Shown here: piece by piece, positions 1 through 11,547 of the stretch
How positions within the stretch are numbered: position 1 is the first letter of the stretch
How the letters are laid out: each line of letters starts with the position of its first letter
NCBI GenBank assembly: GCA_003427395.1
Contig: BFEA01000004.1
Location: 5,344,167 to 5,404,624, forward strand
DNA from: Chara braunii
Lineage: Eukaryota; Plantae; Charophyceae
Direction: 5' to 3'
Length of the DNA stretch: 60,458 nucleotides
Notes under the pieces: model-generated
Told to the model about the DNA's origin: nothing
Database searches by the model: none
What the model saw: only the letters and a program-made list of their open reading frames with translations
Made by a program: the position numbers and the translations under genes

Positions 1-439
1 AAGCTCCACATGTATAACTTGCAGCGAAGGATTTAAAATCCAACTCCTGCGTGACGCGGCCGGGAGGATCCCGCGCTGCCTCGTGCGGTGCCGGACCGAT
101 GCGCTCGACAGCGTGACGGACCGGGCCGATGGCAGGATGGGAGGCGCGACACTCCTTGTCGCGCCGCGCCTCTCGATTGGAACCATACTTCTCGCATATG
201 GAGGAAAGGGGTCCGGAAATTCCGACAAGGGCGTTAAAGGTATATATGGATCAACCGCAGTCCAGAGTAACTTATATGTGGATCAACGACAATCCAGCCA
301 TCGAACTTCAAATGATATTTCATGCTCGCCTCTTCAGTGTCTCCACTCTCATCCCCTTTTCCATATGACCCGTCCAAGATTTTCCCCTTGGGATTCCCCA
401 AGCCAAATGCGGCTAAATTCTTGAACATGTTTTATAATT

Positions 440-1100
440 TCAGCCTGAGAATGTAGATGTTGGATTTTTTCTTTTGAAAATTCCCATCTTACTCTGATCG
501 CTGTTTGTATTTGCTACTTAATTGAATCTATGAATCAACGACCGTCCAACCTTGCCCTATCTATCTCAAAAATACATCTTCTCAACCAAATGGCCCACAA
601 CACTGCTCTTCTTCCCAAAATAAATAGATTGTGGGTGAAATCGTCATAGGGATCTGGAATCCATGATTCTTACATAATTGCCTTCCAGCTCCACGGCCAT
701 GAAATTGGGAATTTAAATGTCTCAAAATCCGTTCCCACCATCTCCATAGCCAGATAGCTCCTGGACATGATTATAAGAAAATATGTCCGATAGTTTCTAA
801 AATTAAAAGAGCACAATTTGCACCATGGGAGTGTCATTTCTTTTGTTGCAGCTTAGTTCGATCTATTAACCAATCGTTAGTAGGAAGGAAACAATGTTCA
901 ATTTGCCACTGAAGTGAGGCCACATTGGTTGGTTTAGATTTCATGATATGGAACCATTTGATTGACTTGACGTCTTCCTTGCTTGCGTTTAGTTGGTTTA
1001 TCCACGTAGTTATCACTCTATCTTTCAAATTAATGTGTGGCCTTAACATTCTATATGTAGATTTAACTTACAATGTGTGAAGCCTTCTCGTATACATCCG
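440..1100 (-). mobile_element. Decayed L1/Tx1-type LINE, ORF2 C-terminal (zf-RVT) region
   Basis: Minus-strand remnants VASLQWQIEHCFLPTNDWL, PWCKLC...ETIGHIF..CPGAIWLWRWW and AVLWAIWLRR, broken by stops and frameshifts. Confidence 0.7.
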
Positions 1101-2225
1101 ACCTCTCTTCGTAGACGAGGTCCAGACCCAATTTATGAGCTCCAATGCCAGGCATGAGATTGAGGTGTCATGACCTTTAAATATCGTTAATGTGCATTTT
1201 CATCGCAGAAACAACAGGAAGCTCTACGCTGATTTATACACAAGAATTTGTTGGACCCGCAACTCCTAAAAATCAAAGCAAATGACAATTTGGTTGAGGA
1301 AGACAGTTGTTTCATCCTTATCCAGTCTGATCCACATCCTTCGGAATAAGGTGTCGCAAAACGCGGGGATGTTGGACGCCGGGCCACGGGGGAGGTTCAA
1401 AAACCTACACCTAAGATTATAAATGGATGCAATAAAAACTATCTACAAAAAAAATACAGAATGGACATGCACTTCAAAAACCTACACCTANACAGAATGG
1501 ACATGCACTTCAAAAACCTACACCTAAGATTATAAATGGATGCAATAAAAACTATCTACAAAAAAAATACAGAATGGACATGCACTAAACGTGCGGCGGA
1601 TTTGGACCTCCGCTCCTTTAATGTTAACAACTTAGCCTCCTCCTACCTGGCCAAGCGACACGCCATTTAGGAGGGCAAGGAGTGGCCACACATAAGATGC
1701 ATCCGACAAACAAACCTGATGAACTCAACTGACCATAATCATACACACAAGGAAGTATGACCCTATCAAGCTTTCCAGGCCGGCGCTGAGCGATGCGGTA
1801 GTGTTGCGGTGGCCATATGGCTTTCCCCAGGCTCAAGGGTGGAACCTGTAGATTAGGTCGCTGATCACGAGGAGGGCTGATGGGTGTTCAAATTAGCAAT
1901 ATTGAAATTAGAGGTGATCAACATCATGTGTGTACGGGCCCAACAATGCATGAGACCGAGAACTTTCTTCTTAACTCATTAAAACTCATGCCCTAGAAGG
2001 CATTCTGACTTTATGGCAAGGGATTTTTATGCAGGGTAGAACCGCAGTTTGGATCGCTGGACATTGTCGTCCACATGCCCCTTTTATGTTTAATCTAATG
2101 AACAAATCATCACCAAACTTTGTTTATATCTCAATATGTAGGATTCCTTTTGAAACGTCTTTTCGGTCGAGCAGACCTTCTCTTGCTTTTGTACGAGCGA
2201 CTCAAACTAATCAACGAAATTTATG

Positions 2226-2368
2226 ATCGATCTTATCCTCACATCTGAGGAACTTGACGCCGACACATGTGAGGCTGATCGATTTCATCCTCTCATATGA
2301 GGAACTTGACGCCGACACATGTGAGGCTGATCGATCTCATCCTCACATCTGAGGAAGTTGACGGCACG
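2226..2368. repeat. 52-bp tandem repeat, about 2.7 copies
   Basis: GAGGAA(C/G)TTGACG at 2247, 2299 and 2351. Confidence 0.85.
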
Positions 2369-2379
2369 TTGTAAATTAT

Positions 2380-3000
2380 TGAGACGTTTCCTTGCGGCCT
2401 CTACCCAAGGCTGGACCATGCTATGCGTACAGCAATCTTATATGAAAGAAATCGGATCAAGGTCCTGATTTTTACAAGCTCAACGCTGCACTCTTGGCGA
2501 TGAAGAAGTCCCATAAATAAATTCAGCGGTTACAGTCTCAATGGCAACAGTATAAAGACCACATTCAGAATGAGGTCCTACGGTTCAATAACGGGTTTAT
2601 TTTTGTGACTCTGAAAAACAATGAACATTCCAAAGCACTACCGACACAACAAGACTTCGCGGAACTGGAATTACAGTACCACCTCCAACAGTTACAAAAA
2701 AGAGAAAAACAATAGAGTCACATTAACCACCCGAACGTTATGCTCGATGTCATTCAGACATTTGAAGACCAACTTCTCGCCCACGCAGAATACTGATGGC
2801 AAGGACCCCGCATCCACGGTAGGATCCACGCCACAAGACGGAAGGATCTATGGATACTTTATTTTTCGTCATGGCTAAAGTTGAAACAGGCCGCATAGTC
2901 ATTGAAGTACTGGCAGTACTACACCCCACTTTACGGTCTTAGACTTCGTTCCCCGTTGATTGTTTGCACCGATGCATTCATTATTGAATACTCGGCGGAG
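2380..3000 (+). mobile_element. Decayed LINE ORF2 fragment (endonuclease-RT linker)
   Basis: GPDFYKLNAALL and RLRELELQ-like remnants resembling Tx1/L1 ORF2 downstream of the APE domain; heavily disrupted. Confidence 0.45.
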
Positions 3001-3271
3001 GTTTCAGCATATAGCTAGATTTGCCTTTAACATTATTGTGCAAGCACCCCAGATAAGGCATTTTTAATGTGCTTTTTGAAAGGTTTTTAATCCCTATGTT
3101 TATTATCAATGTTGGCTCTTTGAGATGAAATTATTGAATTTTAATTTTTTGTAACATATTGAATTGATATTGCAAGTCCAATTACAAAAACATGAAAATC
3201 TCTCAGGTAGGCCATGGTAGGGTGTCTACAAAACCCATACATGAAGTTGTTGAAATATCCGAAAATCCATA

Positions 3272-3289
3272 CCCTTGGGAATACGGTCA

Positions 3290-3320
<31 letters not shown>

Positions 3321-3350
3321 TCTGCACAAGTGGTGGAGCATTTGGTTTAA
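3272..3350 (+). pseudogene. SSU rRNA fragment, bacterial/organellar type (probable NUMT)
   Basis: CCCTTGGGAATACGGTCACAAGGCTGAAACTCAAAGGAATTGACGGGGGTCTGCACAAGTGGTGGAGCATTTGGTTTAA matches the conserved 16S AAACTCAAAGGAATTGACGG region with several transitions. Confidence 0.85.
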
Positions 3351-3719
3351 GGAAGACGTTGTGCGATCTTGTAGCGCATCGGCCTTGCCGAACACGTCCG
3401 GGCAATTATCCTTCCAGCATCTCACGTTCACGAGTATTCCGTTCATCTGCATGTCAGAGACACGGTTGGGGTTCAAGCAAAGGCTGACTATTCCCAGTGA
3501 ATCCCTTTCACGAGGAGCTTTTTTTTTTTTTTTTTTTTTCCCTGGGAACAAGGCTCCCATGAGAAGCAGCACTTGCTGGGAACCAGGCCCAGCGTCCCAT
3601 ATGGAAATTTACACAAAATTTTGAGAGTTTGAGATACTGAAGCCATTACCCGGATTTGGCTTAGAAGAATTGGAGCTACTTAGAAAATTACTACGACGAA
3701 CTTCAGAAATAGGAAAAAT

Positions 3720-5570
3720 TCAAAAAACGACTCAGAAACCCCCCCATCAATCCTCTTTACCTCACTCCGGTGAGACTTACTGCAGCAGAGCCACCATCTC
3801 CGCTGTTGTTGTACCCTATTTCCATCCTACAAGCTAGCCCCCTCACGAGTAGGACGTTTGATCTCCCACCATCTACTTCTCCCACTCACCTCTTTTTGGG
3901 GAACAAAAACATATGCACAGTTCAGAAAAAGACTCAGACACCCCCACCTAATCCCCTGTACCCCACTCCGGCAAGACTTACTGTAGCAGAGCCACCATCT
4001 CCGTTGTTGTTGTACCATATTCCCATCCTACCAGCTAACCCCCTCACTAGTAGGACGTGTGATATCCCAACATCTCCTTCTCCCACTCACCTCGATGTTT
4101 TTTTAAAGATACCGGGGCCATTACCCGGCTTTGGCTGTGAAAACGTTTGAGAACACTTGCAGCAATTCAGGAAGTTCCTAACAAACCCTTCCAAAGTTCT
4201 CCAACACTGTCTTACTCCCTGCCGAGCTCTTCGATGCCTCACACCCCCACATCCGGCTGGGTTACAGGGCAACACAACTCACCCCAGCTCCGACCAGCAT
4301 CGTCCCAGCAGCAACCCTTGTTGTCTCGTGGAATGCCCACCCCAAAGCATCCCCAGATCTCTCTACCAGGCCTCACCCTCCTGCATCAGCAGGTTACAGG
4401 GCAACAGCCCAGCACCGGCCAGCGTCGATCTGGCATCGGGCAGCCGCAGATCACTTAGTATAACAGCATCAAAGCCACCTAAGACGAGTTACTAGGAGTT
4501 CCCAGAGTCAAGAGAATTTAGAAAAACACTAGATTACCAACTACCTCATATTCAAAAAACAAAAAGCTATGAAAAAAAACAGAGACGAAAATCAAAAATA
4601 GAGTTACCAACAATCCAACTCAGACCCTCGCTACAAACGAAAAACTGCCGCTCAGGCTTTCAGTCCCTGTACCAGAAATCGCCAGTTCTCACACCCCCCT
4701 TGCTAGGGTTACAAGGCCACACAAACTGCCCCAGCACCGAACTAACTGTTTTCTGACGGACAAAAAATATCTTCCTCCCTCGATTACTTCCTTAGTTGCA
4801 AACCCCCTAGCGGGTTACAGGGTCACCGCCCCGACATCAGCTACGCTGAAAGAGGTGGTTATGCCTTCCACCCTCGACATAACTCCAATGGCCTCAAGCT
4901 CCTCTTGGTCACAGAGCCACTACTCCAGCACCGCCCAATGTCGCCCGACCCCGCCCTTCTAGTAGACTTACTACCCTGAGCAACCCTTCCTCTACAGCAC
5001 GAGCCCACCCCAAATTCCTCCAAACCCTTTCCACTACTCCAGCACCGGCCAATGTCGCCCGACCCCGCCCTTCTAGTAGACTTACTACCCTGAGCAACCC
5101 TTCCTCTACAGCACGAGCCCACCCCAAATTCCTCCAAACCCTTTCCAACTTTCGCCTTCCCATTTAAGAAAGCCAAGAGGGAAAATGACAAGAACTAGAA
5201 CCACTAACAATCTATCTCCTTCCCTGACCAGAGATGAAGGACAAGCCCGCCCAAGCTTTCAATCCTCGTACCAGAAATCATCAGATCTCATACCCCCCCT
5301 GCTAGGGTTACAAGGCAACAAAAATTGTCCCGGTACCGACCTAATCGTTTCTCATGAACAAAGAGTGTCTTCCCCCTCGACAACTCCCTTAACTGTATGG
5401 CCCCTTAATGGTAACATGGTCCCCGCCCCGGCAACAGCTACGTCGGGCGAGATGGTTATGCCTTCCACCCTCGCCATAACTTCAATGACCTCAAGCTCCT
5501 CCTCGTCACGGAGCGAGAGCTCCAGCACCAGCCAATGTTGTCCCACCCCGCCCTTCTGATAATAGACTCT
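3720..5570. repeat. Composite degenerate repeat region (about 200-bp duplication, 114-bp tandem, longer diverged units)
   Basis: 3720-3890 resembles 3920-4092; CCACTACTCCAGCACC at 4917 and 5031; 4670-4960 resembles 5268-5560; GGTTACA(G/A)GG anchor recurs near 4260, 4392, 4706, 4813 and 5306. Confidence 0.75.
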
Positions 5571-7121
5571 ACGCCCTGAACCGCCGATCCCTCATCTGAG
5601 TGAACCCGCCCACTTCCCTCCCGCCTCTAATTTGACCTTCCCCCTTTCATTTACAAGACCGCATCCAAGCAAAATTGAACCACTCCCGAAAAACTAAAAT
5701 TAGATTTAGAATTAGCTCAAGGATGGATAAACGTAGGACATTTGTAACCCTTTATAATTCAAAATTTGGTAATCATTCATTTAGATCAGGGCAAAACTCT
5801 GATTAACGAATTTTAAGATTAGGAATCTTGCTTAGAACTCAACATCAAGAAAGACTGGGTAAAAAATTACGAATATCAATATCACGAGTTCCCATCGACA
5901 GAATCCAACTGGAAAATTTTGTTGGGGAAAAATTTGGCATAACAATCAAGCACGAAATCAAAAAATCAAGAACGATGTAAACACTTCATTATGCGAAGTC
6001 AAACTAAAAAAAAAAGGATCCAGATATGGGGCAGGGCCCTCCGCAGATGGAGGGTATCCAAAGATTGTACACACGTAGCGGGAATATGCCATATCAGAGC
6101 AGACAAAATTTCACACCCTCCGTACGTCTCTGCTTGACGCACTTAATTTGTCCACATTAGATTCTCTGTCAACGCCGCCCGACGCTGCACACTGCTCGTA
6201 GATGCCAAATTCTGCCGCAAATCTTCCTTATTTCCAGCTCACTTCTCCTTCAGCACCCTCCCCTGCCCTCAACAGAAAATAACTCGTTGCGAAATTTTTA
6301 AGATGATTATTGATACAAAAAATCGGATGACCAAGTGCAGATCATACACAAAACTGCAGCATGCACTGCTGGCAAGCTTAAGATGACAATGTGGCTACAT
6401 AGAAGAAACACGTTCGCTTCCTCTCGAGATGAGGATATGTCAGCGTGAAATAGTCGATTGCTCTTCCACAAGGGGCTTCCCTCTGAACACAATCGAAGAA
6501 GCCCTGCAACTCACATCCGCCATAGAGAATTCCTCACAAAGCTTTCTCCGCCTCCCCTTCAACCACCCTCCATCCCTCGAACCTAACACCAGCCACCTTC
6601 GAAAGAGAAACATCCGGCCTTCCTCCATATGTTAGCGATGGCAGCCTCAATTGCCAACTATAGTCTCGATGCTAGCAACGAAGGCATAAATGGCCATCCA
6701 CAACCTGATAAGCTAATGGATGGTGTGGTAACGCCTCGTCGAACCTGTCGACAAGTAACCACAGGAGATTCAAGTCCTTAGACAGTACAGTTGAGGGAAG
6801 GCGGTAAGACTAGTCTACACCCTCGAACCCTCGTATGACGTCATCGCTAAACCTCCTCTTCGCAGCGCCATCGCCAACATCTCCGCATGAGCCAGTCACC
6901 ACGCAATCTCACCAAAACCCTCCGCTAGACCGTCCCTTGCTAGGCCGGCGGCGTGACGCCCCCGGTAGCGCTGCGCCGCCAGGCTCTCGTCCTCCACCTT
7001 CTAGAGCATTTCTCAACCATAATAGGCATCGTAATCGATCCATGAATCTCAACTACCATCTTCACCCGAATAGAACGCCCGGGTCATTCAACCTCAACGT
7101 TCTGGTGACTATCACGAAGTT

Positions 7122-7193
7122 CAGGGACGCTGGACCCGATTTCCAGCAGGTGCCGCTCCCCACCAATAGATGGAGCCTCCCTGTGAAAAAAAA
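7122..7193 (+). repeat. Dispersed roughly 60-nt structured repeat (SINE-like), best copy
   Basis: CAGGGACGCTGGACCCGATTTCCAGCAGGTGCCGCTCCCCACCAATAGATGGAGCCTCCCTG followed by an A-run; other copies at 3540-3598(-), 7273-7296(+), 7571-7630(+), 15498-15551(-). Confidence 0.7.
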
Positions 7194-7829
7194 GCTGGAG
7201 ACTAGCAGCAGGGGAAGAGCCGACTGGCAGGCACTTTCTCAGCTATCTGCTCGGTAAAAAAGATGAATTTAAGGGACGCTGGACCCGGTTTCCAGCAAAA
7301 AAGGGACTGGGGTTCTTTGGCAGGGGTAGACATACAATGGGATGGAGTGGTATGAGTGGGCCAGCAGCATCAATAGAAGGCACATCTCAAAGACAGGGGG
7401 CGGGAGGAACTAGGGGGTAGCAGCAGGTATCTGGCGCCAGCTTCAGGGTGAAGAGGTTCAGCCCCCCCAACAACCTGCTCAGTCAATCCCCTGGACCCCA
7501 GGGTAATCAATGCTGGCAGGAATATTCCACAACTCCGTTTTTCTGTTATGGTTCGATTCTGTCTATGTAAGGGACGCTGGACCCGTTTTCCAGCAGGTGT
7601 TGCTCCCCACCAATAGATGGAGCTCCCCCCCAGGTGTTAGCAGTGGCTGCTCTTATCAGCACCGCTAACACTGACGGGGGCGTCTGTTGAAAAAAAAAAA
7701 AAAAAAAAAAAAAAAGAATGCCCGGTCATTATCGCTGCACCTGGACTGAAAAGCGCCCCAAATACAGCTAGAATGACCGGGCGTTATATTCGGGTTAAAC
7801 GGTAGGACGATGATAGCTGTGCATAACAC

Positions 7830-7867
7830 CTGTCTCTTATACACATCTAGATGTGTATAAGAGACAG
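7830..7867. other. Nextera mate-pair junction adapter (Tn5 mosaic-end palindrome): assembly artefact
   Basis: Exact CTGTCTCTTATACACATCT+AGATGTGTATAAGAGACAG; 7711-7829 duplicates 7925-8043. Confidence 0.97.
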
Positions 7868-7909
7868 GTGCAAATCCATACGAAAAGCCTAACATTTGAG
7901 CAACTTTGG

Positions 7910-8019
7910 CTACCGTCTTCAACAAAAAAGAATGCCCGGTCATTATCGCTGCACCTGGACTGAAAAGCGCCCCAAATACAGCTAGAATGACCGGGCGTTA
8001 TATTCGGGTTAAACGGTAG
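7910..8019. mobile_element. Copy of the pogo/Tc2-like hairpin MITE
   Basis: CTACCGTCTTC...GGGTTAAACGGTAG with the same internal sequence as 23950-24060. Confidence 0.75.
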
Positions 8020-8693
8020 GACGATGATAGCTGTGCATAACACGTTGTCGTTGTGCTGTGGGCGTATCCGGATTCGCACGCATCATCACCCAAAGCTGCG
8101 CTCAACAATTTTGCTGAATCCTTCGCTGCACCTTTTCATTTCACGAGGAGTTTGAGTCTTCGCAGCAATTTCTTCACTACGAGTATCGTACGTTGCATAC
8201 CACATCCCCACATTTATCGTTTTATTTTTTTTGGCTGTTTTCGTATGAAAATTGATTGTAGGGGAAGAATCCCTTCCAAGGCAAAGGCCAAACAGGGCCT
8301 TAAATGACACCAAAATAAAAAGTAACGGGTGTGCAAAACATTGCATAGCACATGCCAATATATTTTGTTTTATTTATTGAACCTGACTTTGTATTTTCAA
8401 AATAAAAAAAATGAGAAATCAGATAGATAATACGGTCAGAATCACTTGGTAAAGCACACCCCCATGGTCGTCTTCTTTTCTCTCTCATGCATCTCATTTT
8501 TGCAAAACACACCCTCACTATGCCATTAGAGAGGTGCATAAGGCATATTTTTGTAAACACAAACGCTCCCCAGATCACTGCGGGTACCCAGTCTACCTAA
8601 GGAGTTTTTCCATATGTCTCTCAGTACCTTGAGATCTGCTTTCAAACCCTGCCTCCAACAACTGACCCTAGGTTCAAACCCTAGGTCCAACAA

Positions 8694-8694
8694 A

Positions 8695-8763
<69 letters not shown>

Positions 8764-8772
8764 CTATGTGTG
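8694..8772. repeat. (TG)n microsatellite, representative of many SSRs (e.g. 10600-11000, 13055-13260, 29998-30048, 32509-32580, 38322-38394, 44090-44156, 58150-58217, 59737-59800)
   Basis: Direct inspection; these tracts explain most low-complexity ORFs in the track. Confidence 0.95.
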
Positions 8773-9029
8773 TGCATGCATGCAGAGTTGGGGGCATGGG
8801 GTCATGTGGTAGTCTGCAGGTGCATGGGATGGGCCTCCGGGGATATAACACTTCTTGAAGGGCCCATGGTGGGGCACCTGGTATCTTCACTCCCACAAGC
8901 CTCTACCCAAACTCATCGGTAGACCCCGTTCAATGATAGAACACGGGTAGAACGGGGGGGAAGGGGGGAACGCCATAAAACAACAGTTCAACGCCATTCT
9001 GCCTTTTTTACAAGACACTTAGCGACAAC

Positions 9030-9460
9030 ATCATCTATGTTGTGCGGAAATTGATTTCTTCCTCCCCTTACATCAGCAACTGACAGATCAGCAAAAGGAC
9101 CTCCTCGATCAGCCCATGTCCAAGGAAGAGGTGTGGATCGCGATGGAAGAAGAGAAGACTCCTGTGATAAACGGCGTCGCCAAAGAATTTTGGGAATCCT
9201 TTTGGCCAAGCATATCATGGGATCTGATGCTCCACAACCAATCGCCTAGGCAACAGGTGGGGGAGTCCGTGGGATAAGGGGTCCTTAAAAAAGGGAGACG
9301 ATCAATATTCACAATCATAGACCTATCACACTTCTTACGGTCGTCTACAAGATGGTGGCTAAAGCATTGGCAAATTCACCGGTGGGTTTGACGGAGGATA
9401 TTATCCATCCCACGTAAACTCCTGATCAAACGAGATGATCAAGCTTACAAGGTAGCAAGA
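9030..9460 (+). mobile_element. LINE reverse transcriptase, N-terminal fragment
   Basis: DLLDQPMSKEEV...KTPVINGVAKEFWESFWP...KKG..NHRPITLLTVVYKMVAKALAN...IIHPT(stop)T: classic non-LTR RT N-terminal motifs. Confidence 0.85.
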
Positions 9461-9497
9461 AAAAAAAAAAAAAAAAAAAAAAAAAGGTAGTCGAAAC

Positions 9498-10599
9498 TGG
9501 GTATGGCCGACGCCCGGTCCAGACGGACCGGGCCAGACGGAGGAGGGGGGGTCCGTCCGGCAAAACCAGACGAGCCAAAAAACGTCCCAGGAATTTTTTT
9601 TTTTTTTTTTGAAGATGGCGTTGGAATGTGCTTGCTGAGAGTCAGGTAAGAAGAAGAAGAAGAAGAAGAAGAANNNNNNNNNNNNNNNNNNNNNNNNNNN
9701 NNNNNNNNNNNNNNNNNNNNNNNNNNNNNNNNNNNNNNNNNNNNNNNNNNNNNNNNNNNNNNNNNNNNNNNNNNNNNNNNNNNNNNNNNNNNNNNNNNNN
9801 NNNNNNNNNNNNNNNNNNNNNNNNNNNNNNNNNNNNNNNNNNNNNNNNNNNNNNNNNNNNNNNNNNNNNNNNNNNNNNNNNNNNNNNNNNNNNNNNNNNN
9901 NNNNNNNNNNNNNNNNNNNNNNNNNNNNNNNNNNNNNNNNNNNNNNNNNNNNNNNNNNNNNNNNNNNNNNNNNNNNNNNNNNNNNNNNNNNNNNNNNNNN
10001 NNNNNNNNNNNNNNNNNNNNNNNNNNNNNNNNNNNNNNNNNNNNNNNNNNNNNNNNNNNNNNNNNNNNNNNNNNNNNNNNNNNNNNNNNNNNNNNNNNNN
10101 NNNNNNNNNNNNNNNNNNNNNNNNNNNNNNNNNNNNNNNNNNNNNNNNNNNNNNNNNNNNNNNNNNNNNNNNNNNNNNNNNNNNNNNNNNNNNNNNNNNN
10201 NNNNNNNNNNNNNNNNNNNNNNNNNNNNNNNNNNNNNNNNNNNNNNNNNNNNNNNNNNNNNNNNNNNNNNNNNNNNNNNNNNNNNNNNNNNNNNNNNNNN
10301 NNNNNNNNNNNNNNNNNNNNNNNNNNNNNNNNNNNNNNNNNNNNNNNNNNNNNNNNNNNNNNNNNNNNNNNNNNNNNNNNNNNNNNNNNNNNNNNNNNNN
10401 NNNNNNNNNNNNNNNNNNNNNNNNNNNNNNNNNNNNNNNNNNNNNNNNNNNNNNNNNNNNNNNNNNNNNNNNNNNNNNNNNNNNNNNNNNNNNNNNNNNN
10501 NNNNNNNNNNNNNNNNNNNNNNNNNNNNNNNNNNNNNNNNNNNNNNNNNNNNNNNNNNNNNNNNNNNNNNNNNNNNNNNNNNNNNNNNNNNNNNNNNNN

Positions 10600-10656
<57 letters not shown>

Positions 10657-11547
10657 TCCTGACACGTGGCAGTTCACAGCGCACTGCTGTTGCCACGTGT
10701 CACTTCGCCTAATAAAGAACTCCAACGAAACAGGGAGGAGGAGGAGGAGGAGAAAGGAGGAGGACGAGGAGGAGAGAAGAAGACGAAGGGAGGAGGAGAA
10801 GGAGGAGGAGGAGGAGAGAAGAAGACGAAAGGAGGAGGAGGAGGACGAGGAGAACAAGGACGAGAGAATAAGATGAAAGGAGGAGGAGGAGGAGGAGGAG
10901 AAGAGGAAGAGGAGGAAAGGAGGAGGAGAGGAAGAAGAAGAAGACGAAAGGAGGTGGAGGCGGAGGACAGGAAGAAAAAGAAGAGGAAGGACGGAGGTGG
11001 AGGCGGATACACCACGACGGGACAGGACCTTCACGGGCAGCGACGATGGGGAGGGCTGCTAGACGGGGCAGGTCGACGGGGAGTGATGACGCGCGGGCTT
11101 CAAGACGGTAGCATCGGCGCCAACGACCGACGACGGGGCACCTCGATGACGACGATGGGGCACAGCTCGATGGCAACGATGGGGCAGCTCTACGAGGAGC
11201 AACGACTGGCGAGCTTGGAGACAGCAGCAACCGTGGGCTTTGGAAATGCAGCGATGCAGCGAAGCGGGGAATACTGCGTTCGAATTCAAACGCGGTGTCG
11301 TAGGCGACCAGGGGGGTGAATCAAGACTACGGCAGCAGTAATGCGGGGGGAATTTCGCGCCGGGGGGCGGGGAGGCTGCCACTGGCCAAAAAACTCGAAA
11401 AAAGGTTTCTCACCCCACCCCCCACCCCCCCGCGTAAAATTGCGCTGGGCCCGCCCGGCGCCAAACCGGGGGACCCAACCGGCCGGGCCGCCCGGGACCC
11501 CTGCCGGACGAAGGCTGGGCTGCCGGGTGGCCCGAATTTTAACACAG
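9498..11547. mobile_element. About 2 kb insertion splitting the LINE RT, flanked by a 9-bp direct repeat
   Basis: AGTCGAAAC at 9489-9497 and 11548-11556; RT motifs resume colinearly; GC-rich CCGG-type termini, internal GAA/GA/GGA microsatellites and a gap. TIRs are weak. Confidence 0.55.

Noticed and set aside
1395-1590. About 95-bp direct duplication around a single N; likewise 19298-19534 and 43655-43968
   Set aside because: Identical or near-identical sequence on both sides of gaps indicates unmerged contig overlaps.
8590-8692. tRNA/SINE-like T-arm CCTAGGTTCAAACCCTAGG before (TG)n
   Set aside because: B-box-like hairpin only; no A box or cloverleaf and no second copy in the window.
9401-11319. 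Long ORFs (431, 529, 344, 217 aa) and other ORFs spanning Ns or SSRs
   Set aside because: Composed of N-runs and GA/GGA microsatellites; not coding evidence.
11340-11545. Very GC-rich homopolymer-laden stretch (also about 12790-12960, 14380-14560, 16890-17200)
   Set aside because: Stuttered G/C/A runs near SSRs suggest low-quality gap-fill or degenerate MITE ends; no reliable feature.
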